A stretch of 64,000 bases of DNA. Origin: Clostridia bacterium. GTDB lineage: Bacteria > Bacillota > Clostridia > Oscillospirales > Acutalibacteraceae. Below, in pieces: positions 8,719 through 17,304 of the stretch (position 1 is the stretch's first letter; each line of letters starts with the position of its first letter). Location: assembly GCA_017513195.1 (NCBI GenBank), contig JAFXGM010000013.1, positions 39,416 through 103,415 of the forward strand, in the 5' to 3' direction. The notes beneath the pieces were generated by a model, which saw only the letters and a list, made by a program, of their open reading frames with translations, was not told the DNA's origin and did not search any database. Position numbers and translations under genes: made by a program.

Positions 8719-10533
8719 CTAATTGTTAAATTCACTGTATATTTTTTCCGCCAAAGAGCGATTTATGCCTGCAACCGCCGACAACTCATCTACACTTGCC
8801 TCTCTTATGGCCTTCATCGTTTTAAAATGCTTTAGCAGTGCCTTAGCTTTGGCTTCTCCAATACCTTCAATAGCTAAAAGCTCCGAGCTTAACATTTTTT
8901 TGCTTCTGCGCTTTTTATGATAGCCTATTGCAAAGCGGTGGACTTCGTCCTGAATTGTTGTCACAAGTCGGTATGCCGATTCGTTTGCCTTTATAGAAAT
9001 ATCTCCGCCATTTGTGGCTATGGCGCGTGTTCGGTGCTTTGAGTCCTTTACCATACCAAAAAGCGGCACGTTGATATTATGCTTTTTAAGTATTTGCTCT
9101 ACCGCCGAAATTTGACCCTTACCGCCGTCAAGCAATATTAGGTCGGGTAATGTAGAAAATCCCTCGTTCTCTTGATTTTCATACTCGGTAAAGCGTCGGT
9201 CAAGCACCTCGGCCATAGAACGATAATCGTCTTGACCTGCAAAGCTTTTTATCTTGAACATACGGTAATGCGGCTTATATGGCTTGCCATCGCGAAACAC
9301 AACCATACCGGCAACGTTCTCGTCGCCTGCGGTGTTAGAAATATCGTAAGACTCTATAACACGCGGTGCTGCCGGCAATCCCAAAAGTCGTGCAAGCTCA
9401 TTAAGCGCCGACATTTCGCGGCCTAAAAGCTCGGTCTTTTGTGCTAAATTATCAGCAGCATTGTTGCGACACATACTAACAAGGTCCTTTTGTTCCCCGC
9501 GTTGTGGCAAAAGTATTTCTGCCTTTTTGCCCGCCTTTTCACAAAGCCATTGTTCAAGCAATTCTTTAGACTCAATCTCACTATCAATCAGTATGCGCGG
9601 TGGAATTTCTCCCCCATCGTAATACTGGGTTAAAAATTGACTGTATAGGTCGTTTTTGTCGGTAAAGGTATCGATTATAAAATGCTTTTTGTCGGTAAGC
9701 TTATTGTTTCTAAAAACCAAAACCGCTATACAAGCCACGTCACCAAGTACCGCCGAAGCAAAAACGTCTTGATTTTTGTAGGTACACATTACAACCTTTT
9801 GGCTGTCATTTAACTTCTTTATTGCATTTATACGATCGCGAAGCTTTGCAGCATATTCAAAATCAAGCTTTTCTGCCGCACAAAGCATATTTTGCTCTAA
9901 TATTTTTACAATATCGTCGCCACTATTTTTAATAAACGAAATTGCCGAATCAATAGTTTCGTTATATTGCTCGGCAGAAATATTAGCGCGACATGGCGCT
10001 TCACAAAGCCCTATATGAAAATTAAGGCACGGCTTTGAATATTTATCAAAACTGCGGTTACAGTCGGGCAGTTTAAATATTTTACGCACTTCGGCTACGG
10101 TGTCTTTGACAACAGCCGACGAATAATACGGACCTATATATTCGGCCGACTTATCATCAAGCTGCATACTTGTGGTAATTTTGCGCCATTTATCGCCCGT
10201 AATTTTTATATAGTGATAGCCCTTATCGTCCTTAAGCAAAATATTATATTTGGGCTGATTTTGCTTGATAAGTGAGTTTTCTAGTATGAGCGCCTCAAAC
10301 TCGCTATCACAAAGCACGTATTCAAAATCGTTTACAAGGCTTACCATTTTTCGTACTTTTTCGGTGTGCCCGCTACCCGCGCCAAAATATTGTGTCACAC
10401 GGTTTTTAAGCGACTTTGCCTTGCCGATATATATAATGTTATCGTTTTTGTCCTTCATTATATATACTCCGGGAGTAAGAGGCAGGCGGTTAGCCTTTGC
10501 CTTTAGTTCACGTAGCTTCGTGTTTTCGCTCAT
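8719..10533 (-). CDS. uvrC: Excinuclease ABC subunit C
   Basis: GIY-YIG N-terminus (PGVYIMKD..IIYIGKAKSLKNRV), a UvrB-binding region, an endonuclease V-like domain and a C-terminal (HhH)2. ATG 10533 is preferred over the TTG at 10551. Confidence 0.93.
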   Translation of the reverse strand: MSENTKLRELKAKANRLPLTPGVYIMKDKNDNIIYIGKAKSLKNRVTQYFGAGSGHTEKVRKMVSLVNDFEYVLCDSEFEALILENSLIKQNQPKYNILLKDDKGYHYIKITGDKWRKITTSMQLDDKSAEYIGPYYSSAVVKDTVAEVRKIFKLPDCNRSFDKYSKPCLNFHIGLCEAPCRANISAEQYNETIDSAISFIKNSGDDIVKILEQNMLCAAEKLDFEYAAKLRDRINAIKKLNDSQKVVMCTYKNQDVFASAVLGDVACIAVLVFRNNKLTDKKHFIIDTFTDKNDLYSQFLTQYYDGGEIPPRILIDSEIESKELLEQWLCEKAGKKAEILLPQRGEQKDLVSMCRNNAADNLAQKTELLGREMSALNELARLLGLPAAPRVIESYDISNTAGDENVAGMVVFRDGKPYKPHYRMFKIKSFAGQDDYRSMAEVLDRRFTEYENQENEGFSTLPDLILLDGGKGQISAVEQILKKHNINVPLFGMVKDSKHRTRAIATNGGDISIKANESAYRLVTTIQDEVHRFAIGYHKKRRSKKMLSSELLAIEGIGEAKAKALLKHFKTMKAIREASVDELSAVAGINRSLAEKIYSEFNN

Positions 10534-10562
10534 ACCCTCACCTACTTTCAATCATATTATAC

Positions 10563-10597
10563 AAAAAAATCGCGCCGATAGCAATAACTATCGGCGC
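10563..10597 (-). terminator. Intrinsic terminator of rpsT
   Basis: GCGCCGATAG-caataa-CTATCGGCGC, followed on the minus strand by a T-run. Confidence 0.8.
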
Positions 10598-10632
10598 AAT
10601 ATTATTCTTTGCAAAAAATAATATGTTTTTAA

Positions 10633-10893
10633 TTACGCATTTGCGTTAAGCTTTGAAACAAGAGCTGACTTCTTTCTTGCAGCGTTATTCTTGTGAAGAA
10701 TACCCTTACCAGCAGCCTGATCAATTTTAGATACAGCAACCTTTACAGCTTCAGCAGCTTCGGGAGCCTTAGCATCAATAGCGGCATTTGCCTTTTTTAT
10801 AGAAGTTCTGAGTGCAGAACGGCAAGCCTTATTTCTTTCAGCGTTAGCAGCACTTACTAATACGCGCTTCTTAGCAGATTTAATATTAGGCAT
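10633..10893 (-). CDS. rpsT: 30S ribosomal protein S20
   Basis: 86 aa, basic, MPNIKSAKKRV... canonical S20 N-terminus. Confidence 0.95.
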   Translation of the reverse strand: MPNIKSAKKRVLVSAANAERNKACRSALRTSIKKANAAIDAKAPEAAEAVKVAVSKIDQAAGKGILHKNNAARKKSALVSKLNANA

Positions 10894-11090
10894 CGTGACA
10901 CCTCCTCATATTTACTCACAGTGTCTAACATAATAACACAAACAAAACAAAAAATCAAGTGTTTTTTTAAAATATTAAAAATATTAAAAATGCAAGTCTT
11001 TTTTGTCGAAAAGAAAAAAATATTTTTAGTTTTTTGACAGCACTCTGCGGCAATACTGTTGTTGTAAAAAGTATAAAGAGGTGCTTGTTT

Positions 11091-11855
11091 TTGTACAATA
11101 ATAAGGTTGAAATTTGTGGAGTTGACACGTCAAAACTGCCCGTTATGAAAGAAAAGGATAAGGAACGCTTGCTAAAAGAAGTAAAAAGCGGTAACAAATC
11201 TGCACGTGACGAGCTTATAAACGGAAATTTGCGTCTTGTTTTAAGCGTGGTACAGCGTTTTTCAAACCGTGGTGAAAACCCCGACGATTTGTTTCAAGTA
11301 GGCTGTATCGGGCTGATAAAAGCCATAGATAATTTTGATATAACCCAACCGGTAAAATTTTCCACCTATGCGGTTCCAATGATAATCGGTGAAATAAGGC
11401 GGTATTTGCGCGACAATAACTCTATTCGTGTAAGTCGTTCAATAAAAGATACCGCATACCGCGCAATGCAGGTAAAGGAACGTCTTATAAACAAAAACCA
11501 AAAAGAGCCTACCGTTACCGAAATTGCAAAAGAATTGGGTGTTCCGCGCGAGGACGTCGTGATAGCACTTGAAAGTATTGTAGACCCTGTATCTCTTTAC
11601 GAGCCGGTATTTTCAGACGGCGGAGATACGATATATGTTCTTGACCAATTAGGCGATAGCAGTGACGATAAAAACTGGCTTGACGAGATTTGTATAAAGC
11701 AAGCAATAAAGGACCTTTCCGAACGCGAAAAAAAGATACTAAGCCTTCGCTTTATGCAGGGCAAAACTCAAACCGAAGTGTCGGAAGAAATAGGCATTTC
11801 ACAAGCACAAGTATCCCGTCTTGAAAAATATGCACTTAAAAAGATAAAATCATAA
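11091..11855 (+). CDS. sigG: Sporulation sigma factor SigG (forespore, sigma-70 family)
   Basis: NKVEICGVDTSKLPV, GNLRLVLSV, DLFQVGCIGL, KFSTYAVPMIIGEIRRYLRDNN.IRVSRS and GISQAQVSRLEK match the B. subtilis SigG blocks as I recall them. TTG start at 11091 has SD AAAGAGGTG 7 nt upstream. Confidence 0.85.
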   Translation: MYNNKVEICGVDTSKLPVMKEKDKERLLKEVKSGNKSARDELINGNLRLVLSVVQRFSNRGENPDDLFQVGCIGLIKAIDNFDITQPVKFSTYAVPMIIGEIRRYLRDNNSIRVSRSIKDTAYRAMQVKERLINKNQKEPTVTEIAKELGVPREDVVIALESIVDPVSLYEPVFSDGGDTIYVLDQLGDSSDDKNWLDEICIKQAIKDLSEREKKILSLRFMQGKTQTEVSEEIGISQAQVSRLEKYALKKIKS

Positions 11856-11857
11856 AT

Positions 11858-11886
11858 AAAAAGAGCAGTTTTTACTGCTCTTTTTA
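11858..11886. terminator. Bidirectional intrinsic terminator (sigG / membrane protein gene)
   Basis: GAGCAGT-tttt-ACTGCTC with flanking A and T runs. Confidence 0.8.
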
Positions 11887-11901
11887 TTATAAATTAATTG
11901 T

Positions 11902-13557
11902 TTACCACAAATTGTCTTCAAAATCTATATCTGAATAGTAGGAATTATATTGAAGGCAATATTCGTCAAACTGTGGGTTGTTTTCTATAAATTTATATAA
12001 CGCTTTATATGCGCGATTTCTTGGTATGTTAAAATATGAAAATCCAGTATACTTTTGATGCTTTTCTAATGTCTTTGCATCGAATTCATCCAAATTATAC
12101 ATATCAACAAAATAATCTTCGGTATATACAATTGCCAAATAGCGTTGTGCCTCTAAAGCAACCTCACTGTCTTTGCTACAAGCCAGTTTAGTAAGATACG
12201 GTATTCCTTCGTCGCCAAGATTGTACATAGCCTCTACGTCAATATTTTGCACGCTTTTGGCTTTGTAAGCATCATAATTATATCTTGCGCAAAAACTGTT
12301 TACGTTCACGATTCCAAGCAATAAAACTATTACGCCTGCAGTAACCAGCGAGGTCTTTACAATGTTTATATTTTGCATAAAAATTCTTAAAACCACAGCT
12401 ATAAAGGTTATAGCCAAAAACACCATAAACGCGCTTGTGGTAATTCGTAATACAGTCATACCGTATTCGCTCATATAAAGAACCATTTTTGATATGGAAG
12501 TCGCGATAATTATAAGTGTAAATAGCGCAATAAAGGTAGCAACCACCTTTATACCAGCGCACACATTGCCGTTTTGCTTTTTAGAAAGCAGAAGGCTCAA
12601 AAGCACAAGAGCAAAGTTAATTAAAGCAATTATACACATTTCAAAAAATCCACTACGTGCATATTGGGAATGGGTGGTTGTATCATCGGGCAAAAAGCCG
12701 CTGAACGCACTAAAGAAATATGCAAGCTGTGAGAACAAATAAAGCAGATAACATACTGCAATTACCGACAAGAAAGAAATAATATATACGTTATCTATAC
12801 CATTAAAGGTTGATTCTTTCGGTTTTGAAAAACGTCCAAACTTCATCGAATAGCCATATGTAACAACCAAGATAGAAAGCGATACGCCAACTACAACCTT
12901 TAAAATGATTATAAATCCGTTTTCAAGATTGTTAAATATGCTGTTCATCATACCGCGAAACGCTTCGTCGGTAGCAAGCAACGGTACAATTATTATAAGT
13001 GCGGGTATGGCACAAGCAACACCAAGCAATGCTTTTCCTATTGACTTTTTATTATCGCCCGAATTTGAAAAAATTGACCTTAGTGAAACACCAACATTTC
13101 CAAAGGTTGTAGTCATACTATAAAAAACACCAATTGTTTCCCTATTGCCTTTTGCTTTACCTGATGCAATACCGCTAATACCCAATATTGCCAATAAAAA
13201 GCCTACAATCATGCCAAAAAGCTTCACACTTGCATTGGTAGTAGTAATAAATACTACTGAATTTGCAAGTGATAAAATTATACACAAACCTGAAAACAAG
13301 CTTAAGCTTTTCTTTTTGATAAGATATACAGTAAACGAAACTAACAACAATAACGAAGAAATAAAATAGCCTAAATTAAATCCGTTAAAAATGCCAAAAA
13401 GACATGTAAACACACTTGCAACCAACGCACATACTGTAAATATTATGTCGCGTTTTTCAAGTTCAAACGGTGGTGCCGGAGTGTATATCTGCTCATGTGT
13501 ATCCGTGTACGTTTCATTTTGAACCGTTTCTGTTTGCAAAATATTATTTTCATTCAT
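11902..13557 (-). CDS. Large polytopic membrane protein of unknown function (possibly DUF4153/DUF4173-type)
   Basis: 551 aa. More than 10 hydrophobic segments, then a soluble C-terminal region (NYDAYKAKSVQNIDVEAMYNLGDEGIPYL...). Last gene of a three-gene minus-strand operon. The family name is from memory only. Confidence 0.6.
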   Translation of the reverse strand: MNENNILQTETVQNETYTDTHEQIYTPAPPFELEKRDIIFTVCALVASVFTCLFGIFNGFNLGYFISSLLLLVSFTVYLIKKKSLSLFSGLCIILSLANSVVFITTTNASVKLFGMIVGFLLAILGISGIASGKAKGNRETIGVFYSMTTTFGNVGVSLRSIFSNSGDNKKSIGKALLGVACAIPALIIIVPLLATDEAFRGMMNSIFNNLENGFIIILKVVVGVSLSILVVTYGYSMKFGRFSKPKESTFNGIDNVYIISFLSVIAVCYLLYLFSQLAYFFSAFSGFLPDDTTTHSQYARSGFFEMCIIALINFALVLLSLLLSKKQNGNVCAGIKVVATFIALFTLIIIATSISKMVLYMSEYGMTVLRITTSAFMVFLAITFIAVVLRIFMQNINIVKTSLVTAGVIVLLLGIVNVNSFCARYNYDAYKAKSVQNIDVEAMYNLGDEGIPYLTKLACSKDSEVALEAQRYLAIVYTEDYFVDMYNLDEFDAKTLEKHQKYTGFSYFNIPRNRAYKALYKFIENNPQFDEYCLQYNSYYSDIDFEDNLW

Positions 13558-13564
13558 TATAATT

Positions 13565-13771
13565 CTACTCCTTTTCGGTATATTTAATTATATCTCCCGG
13601 TTGACAATTAAGCGTTTTGCATATAGCTTCAAGCGTTGAAAAACGAATTGCCTTTGCCTTACCTGTTTTAAGTATGGAAAGGTTTGCCTGTGTAATGCCT
13701 ATTTTTTCAGACAATTCAAGCGAGGTCATTTTGCGCATAGCAAGCATAACATCCAAATCTATTTCGATCAT
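13565..13771 (-). CDS. XRE/Cro-family helix-turn-helix transcriptional regulator (YozG-like)
   Basis: 68 aa. LSEKIGITQANLSILKTGKAKAIRFSTLEAICKTLNCQPGDI is the typical short Cro/C1 HTH. Confidence 0.85.
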   Translation of the reverse strand: MIEIDLDVMLAMRKMTSLELSEKIGITQANLSILKTGKAKAIRFSTLEAICKTLNCQPGDIIKYTEKE

Positions 13772-13784
13772 TTTTATACCTCGC

Positions 13785-14252
13785 TTATATAGTTAATTCA
13801 TTTTCTTCGCTTATAGCCACAGCGTTTTGCATAACGTTTTTAATAATACGTAGCATAAGGCCTACAAATGCCGCAGCGGCCGCAACTAATAAAAACGGAA
13901 CGTAAAATATACCGGCAACCAAAGTTATCAACGCTACCGCAAAGCAACACCAAGAAATAAGGCGAAGATATTTAACGTTTGCACTTATAAAAATTTCATC
14001 TTTTTTTATGTTGATAAGCACTTTTAAAAGGCTATAAAGTGTAATATAGGCAAATGCGGCACATGGGTAAAAGCACGACAAAAACAGGGTCAACATATCG
14101 CTCATGGCCTTACTGTTTTCAGCCCATCCGCGATAAGCAGTAAACCAAGTTTTTACAAACCACGGACCTATAAATAGCGCCGCCGTTAGTATGCCTACAA
14201 AGATAAAGCACACAACAATTGATAATGTTACCGAGCGTTTTCTGTTCCACAT
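13785..14252 (-). CDS. DUF2975-like small membrane protein
   Basis: Four hydrophobic segments. Pairing with a YozG-type HTH gene is the usual DUF2975 context. ATG at 14252 has SD GGAGG 8 nt upstream; the track start at 14273 is less likely. Confidence 0.65.
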   Translation of the reverse strand: MWNRKRSVTLSIVVCFIFVGILTAALFIGPWFVKTWFTAYRGWAENSKAMSDMLTLFLSCFYPCAAFAYITLYSLLKVLINIKKDEIFISANVKYLRLISWCCFAVALITLVAGIFYVPFLLVAAAAAFVGLMLRIIKNVMQNAVAISEENELTI

Positions 14253-14296
14253 AAAAATTACCTCCAAAACCATTTTCTAACAATAAAATAACACAA

Positions 14297-14341
14297 AAAT
14301 TATCGTTTGTCAATAATTTTATTATCGAAAAACGATAATTT
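14297..14341. promoter_or_regulatory. Nested inverted repeats upstream of the DUF2975 operon (candidate XRE operator)
   Basis: AAATTATCGTTT (14297-14308) and its exact reverse complement AAACGATAATTT (14330-14341). An inner palindrome ATTATCG-aaaaa-CGATAAT lies at 14321-14339. Confidence 0.5.
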
Positions 14342-14363
14342 CAATATTACAACCCAAAAAACG

Positions 14364-14394
14364 CAAAAAAACTCCCCGAGAATTCTCGGGGAGT
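14364..14394 (-). terminator. Intrinsic terminator downstream of degV
   Basis: ACTCCCCGAG-aatt-CTCGGGGAGT with a T-run on the minus strand. A weaker hairpin (AGCAGG...CCTGCT plus TTTT) precedes it at about 14455-14490. Confidence 0.8.
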
Positions 14395-14499
14395 TATATA
14401 TATAAAAGGGGCTATAATCGGTAATCTTGTAGATAGTAAAATACTACCGCCGAAAAGCAGGATATCCTAATGCTTACCCCTGCTTTATTCTATGCAAAA

Positions 14500-15357
14500 T
14501 TACGCGATTGGTGACTTGCGAATAAAGAGAACACCAAGTGTATTTGCACCGCAATGTGACGATACTGTACAACCGGCACGGGTTAGCAATATCTCGTCAA
14601 AAATGCCCTTTGACTTAACCTGTTCAACAACGGCATTTACGATATCTTCGTCACAACCTGCGTGGGTTACAAACACGCGGCTTGTGTCAATATCATCAAC
14701 GTTTTGAAGTCGCTCTTCAACATATTCTGAAAGCACACGACCATAAGCACCACGGTATTTTTTACCAACGCCCATGCTGCCGTTTTTAACCTCGATACAA
14801 GGCTTAAGTTTTAGCAGATTTGCACCAAGCATTGCAAGGGCTGAGCATCTGCCGCCTTTATGCAAATATTCAAGGCTATCAATAACAAATGATGCGTCAA
14901 CACAAGGCTTTAATTCCTCTAACTTTGCTACTATGTCAGCAGCTGCCATACCACTTTGGGCCATTTCGGCAGCCGCCAACACCAAAAGTCCGCTACCGGT
15001 TGAAAGATTTTGAGCGTCTATAACATACACGTCATCAAATTCCTCAGCAGCCATACAGGTGTTGTTGTATGTAGATGACATTGCAGAGCTAATTGTAAAA
15101 TGAATTATAGCATCGCCGTCTTTTTTAAGCTCGGTAAAATAGTCTATACATTCACCAACGTTTGATGCAGTAGTCTTTGGCAACTCGCCGGTTTTTTCGT
15201 GATGGGCATAAATATCGTCGGGTGTAATGTCTACACCATCACGATACACCTGGGTACCGAGCGTAATACCAAGAGGTATAATTTTAATTCCATATTTTTC
15301 TTTAAGCTCTGCGCTCAAATCGCAGGTACTGTCACTTGATATAATAATTTTAGACAT
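14500..15357 (-). CDS. DegV-family fatty-acid-binding protein
   Basis: MSKIIISSDSTCDL... and the overall DegV pattern. ATG 15357 has SD GGAGG 8 nt upstream. Confidence 0.9.
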   Translation of the reverse strand: MSKIIISSDSTCDLSAELKEKYGIKIIPLGITLGTQVYRDGVDITPDDIYAHHEKTGELPKTTASNVGECIDYFTELKKDGDAIIHFTISSAMSSTYNNTCMAAEEFDDVYVIDAQNLSTGSGLLVLAAAEMAQSGMAAADIVAKLEELKPCVDASFVIDSLEYLHKGGRCSALAMLGANLLKLKPCIEVKNGSMGVGKKYRGAYGRVLSEYVEERLQNVDDIDTSRVFVTHAGCDEDIVNAVVEQVKSKGIFDEILLTRAGCTVSSHCGANTLGVLFIRKSPIA

Positions 15358-15426
15358 ATATTCATCCTCCAAATTATCAAATTAACAAATGCATTATAAC
15401 ACTAAACTATGAATAAAACAATATTT

Positions 15427-17295
15427 TTATTTATAAATAATGCAATATTCACATTCGTTTAATACTATTTCGCCATTATTTACTTGTTTACCAAAGATTT
15501 TTTTGTAAACTTTAAATTCATCGGGCAAAGCAATACAAGCCGCATTATTTCCACGATTTACTGCAATAAACGCCGTACTGTTTTTACTATTACGGGTAAA
15601 AGCTATCGAATTTTCATCTGCAAAAACGGTGTAAAAATCGCCGTCTACAAAAGCTTTACACTCTTTGCGAACCTTGCCTAAATCCTTATAAAAGCTTATA
15701 AGCTCTTGATTTTCATGTCCCCAAGGATAAGTAGCACGGCAAAACGGGTCGCCGAAGCCCTGCACGCCTGCCTCATCGCCATAGAAAAGAGATGGCACAC
15801 CGGGCAGTGTGTACTGAATAACGGCAGCGGCTTTTAACCTTTTAACGCCATTTATATATTCGTGTTCAGATAATTTTTGTTGTGACTGCCAAGTACGATC
15901 ACCTATAAAGCTATCATTTTTAGAAAGCACGGTAAGCACTCTTGCGGTATCGTGGGTACCAAGATGATTCATAAGTGTATCTACCGAGCATTTTGGATAG
16001 TTTTCAAGTACCGTATGCACGGTTTCACTAAGTGCATTTCCCCCACCGTTTTTAATAAACGAAAGTATAGCATTGGCAAATGGGTAGTTCATAACGCTGT
16101 CAAGCTGACTGCCACGCAAAAACTTACGACGTGCGCCATAGCTTATTTTGTTGCTGGCATCCTCCCAAACCTCGCCTAAAATATAGGCGTTGGGGTTTTC
16201 ACTTTTTACAGCAGCACGCAATTTATCTAAAAATTTGTCGGGTAGCTCGTCGGCAACATCAAGTCGCCAACCGGCAACACCAAGTTTTAAATATTTTCTT
16301 AAAATGCCGTTTTCACCCGTAATATATTCGGTAAAATTATCGTTATCTTCGTTAGTTTCGGGTAACGTTTTCACTCCCCACCACGCATCATAGCCGTTTG
16401 GGAAATCATAAAACTTAAACCACTCGTGATATATAGAATTATAATCGCGATACGCACCGCCATTGCCATAACGGCCTGTGCGATTAAAATAAATGCTGTC
16501 ATCGCCCGTATGCGAGAATACACCGTCAAGAATGATTTTAATACCCTGCTTTGAAGCCTCTTTACAAAGATTTACAAGGTCGTCCTTGCACCCTAAAAGC
16601 GGATCAATTTTTTCATAATTTGCCGTATTGTATCTATGATTAGAATGTGCCTCAAAAATAGGGTTAAAGTAGATACAGCTTACCCCTAATTCTTTAAGAT
16701 AAGGCAATTTTTCCATAACGCCTTTAAGGTCGCCGCCGTAATAATCGTTACCTAGTGAACACATACCGTTATTTTGACAGTGCTCGGGAATTTTTGACCA
16801 ATCCTCACATACAAAGCGGTCGTCAGGAACATTTTCTTTTAGCGCACCCGAATTATAAAATCTATCGGGGAAAATTTGATAGATTAATCCGCCCTTTAAC
16901 CAATCAGGAGTAGTAAAATCTTTGTCATAAACAGTAAGCTGAAAACGCTCACCCTGCGTTTGTGATACTATGCCCAAACTGTTTTCACTTTTAACTACAA
17001 AAAATTCACCGTGTGCACTGGTATAACGAAAATCATACCAATATAGGCCCTCTGCGGTGGTAATATTGCAATCAAAAAACTGATAATCATAAATCCACTC
17101 GTTAGAGGGTGTCATTTTAATTTCGCAAAGCGAATTATCGTTATCATTTACCACACGTAAAAATGCTTCGTATACCTGAGCATCTTTATGCAAGAGTAGC
17201 CGTAGCCGCAAATTTTCATTTGCGGGTACGGCTCCAAGTTTTGAACGATATAAATTGTTTCGTGAATCAAACGGATAGTAATTCACATTTATCAT
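15427..17295 (-). CDS. Glycoside hydrolase family 13 alpha-glycosidase (neopullulanase/cyclomaltodextrinase-like)
   Basis: GH13 regions I-IV: DGVFSHTG, GWRLDVADE, GEVWED, LGTHDT. An N-terminal E-set-like domain is present. Confidence 0.88.
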   Translation of the reverse strand: MINVNYYPFDSRNNLYRSKLGAVPANENLRLRLLLHKDAQVYEAFLRVVNDNDNSLCEIKMTPSNEWIYDYQFFDCNITTAEGLYWYDFRYTSAHGEFFVVKSENSLGIVSQTQGERFQLTVYDKDFTTPDWLKGGLIYQIFPDRFYNSGALKENVPDDRFVCEDWSKIPEHCQNNGMCSLGNDYYGGDLKGVMEKLPYLKELGVSCIYFNPIFEAHSNHRYNTANYEKIDPLLGCKDDLVNLCKEASKQGIKIILDGVFSHTGDDSIYFNRTGRYGNGGAYRDYNSIYHEWFKFYDFPNGYDAWWGVKTLPETNEDNDNFTEYITGENGILRKYLKLGVAGWRLDVADELPDKFLDKLRAAVKSENPNAYILGEVWEDASNKISYGARRKFLRGSQLDSVMNYPFANAILSFIKNGGGNALSETVHTVLENYPKCSVDTLMNHLGTHDTARVLTVLSKNDSFIGDRTWQSQQKLSEHEYINGVKRLKAAAVIQYTLPGVPSLFYGDEAGVQGFGDPFCRATYPWGHENQELISFYKDLGKVRKECKAFVDGDFYTVFADENSIAFTRNSKNSTAFIAVNRGNNAACIALPDEFKVYKKIFGKQVNNGEIVLNECEYCIIYK

Positions 17296-17304
17296 CCTTA
17301 AAAA

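Noticed and set aside
10894-11090. Looked for a forespore (SigF/SigG-type) promoter upstream of sigG. Also noted the AT-rich direct repeat AAATATTAAAAATATTAAAAAT at about 10969-10990, and that sigG is not preceded by spoIIGA-sigE as it is in Bacillus.
   Set aside because: I could not place a convincing GHATR-N18-CATNNTA match by eye. The repeat is low-complexity AT sequence. Sporulation sigma gene order varies among Clostridia, so the orphan position is not clearly unusual.
14395-14499. Possible small RNA between the degV stop and the strong terminator. The region has a hairpin AGCAGG...CCTGCT plus TTTT, then a second terminator.
   Set aside because: It is most simply two tandem terminators in a 3' UTR. 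No conserved motif is recognisable.
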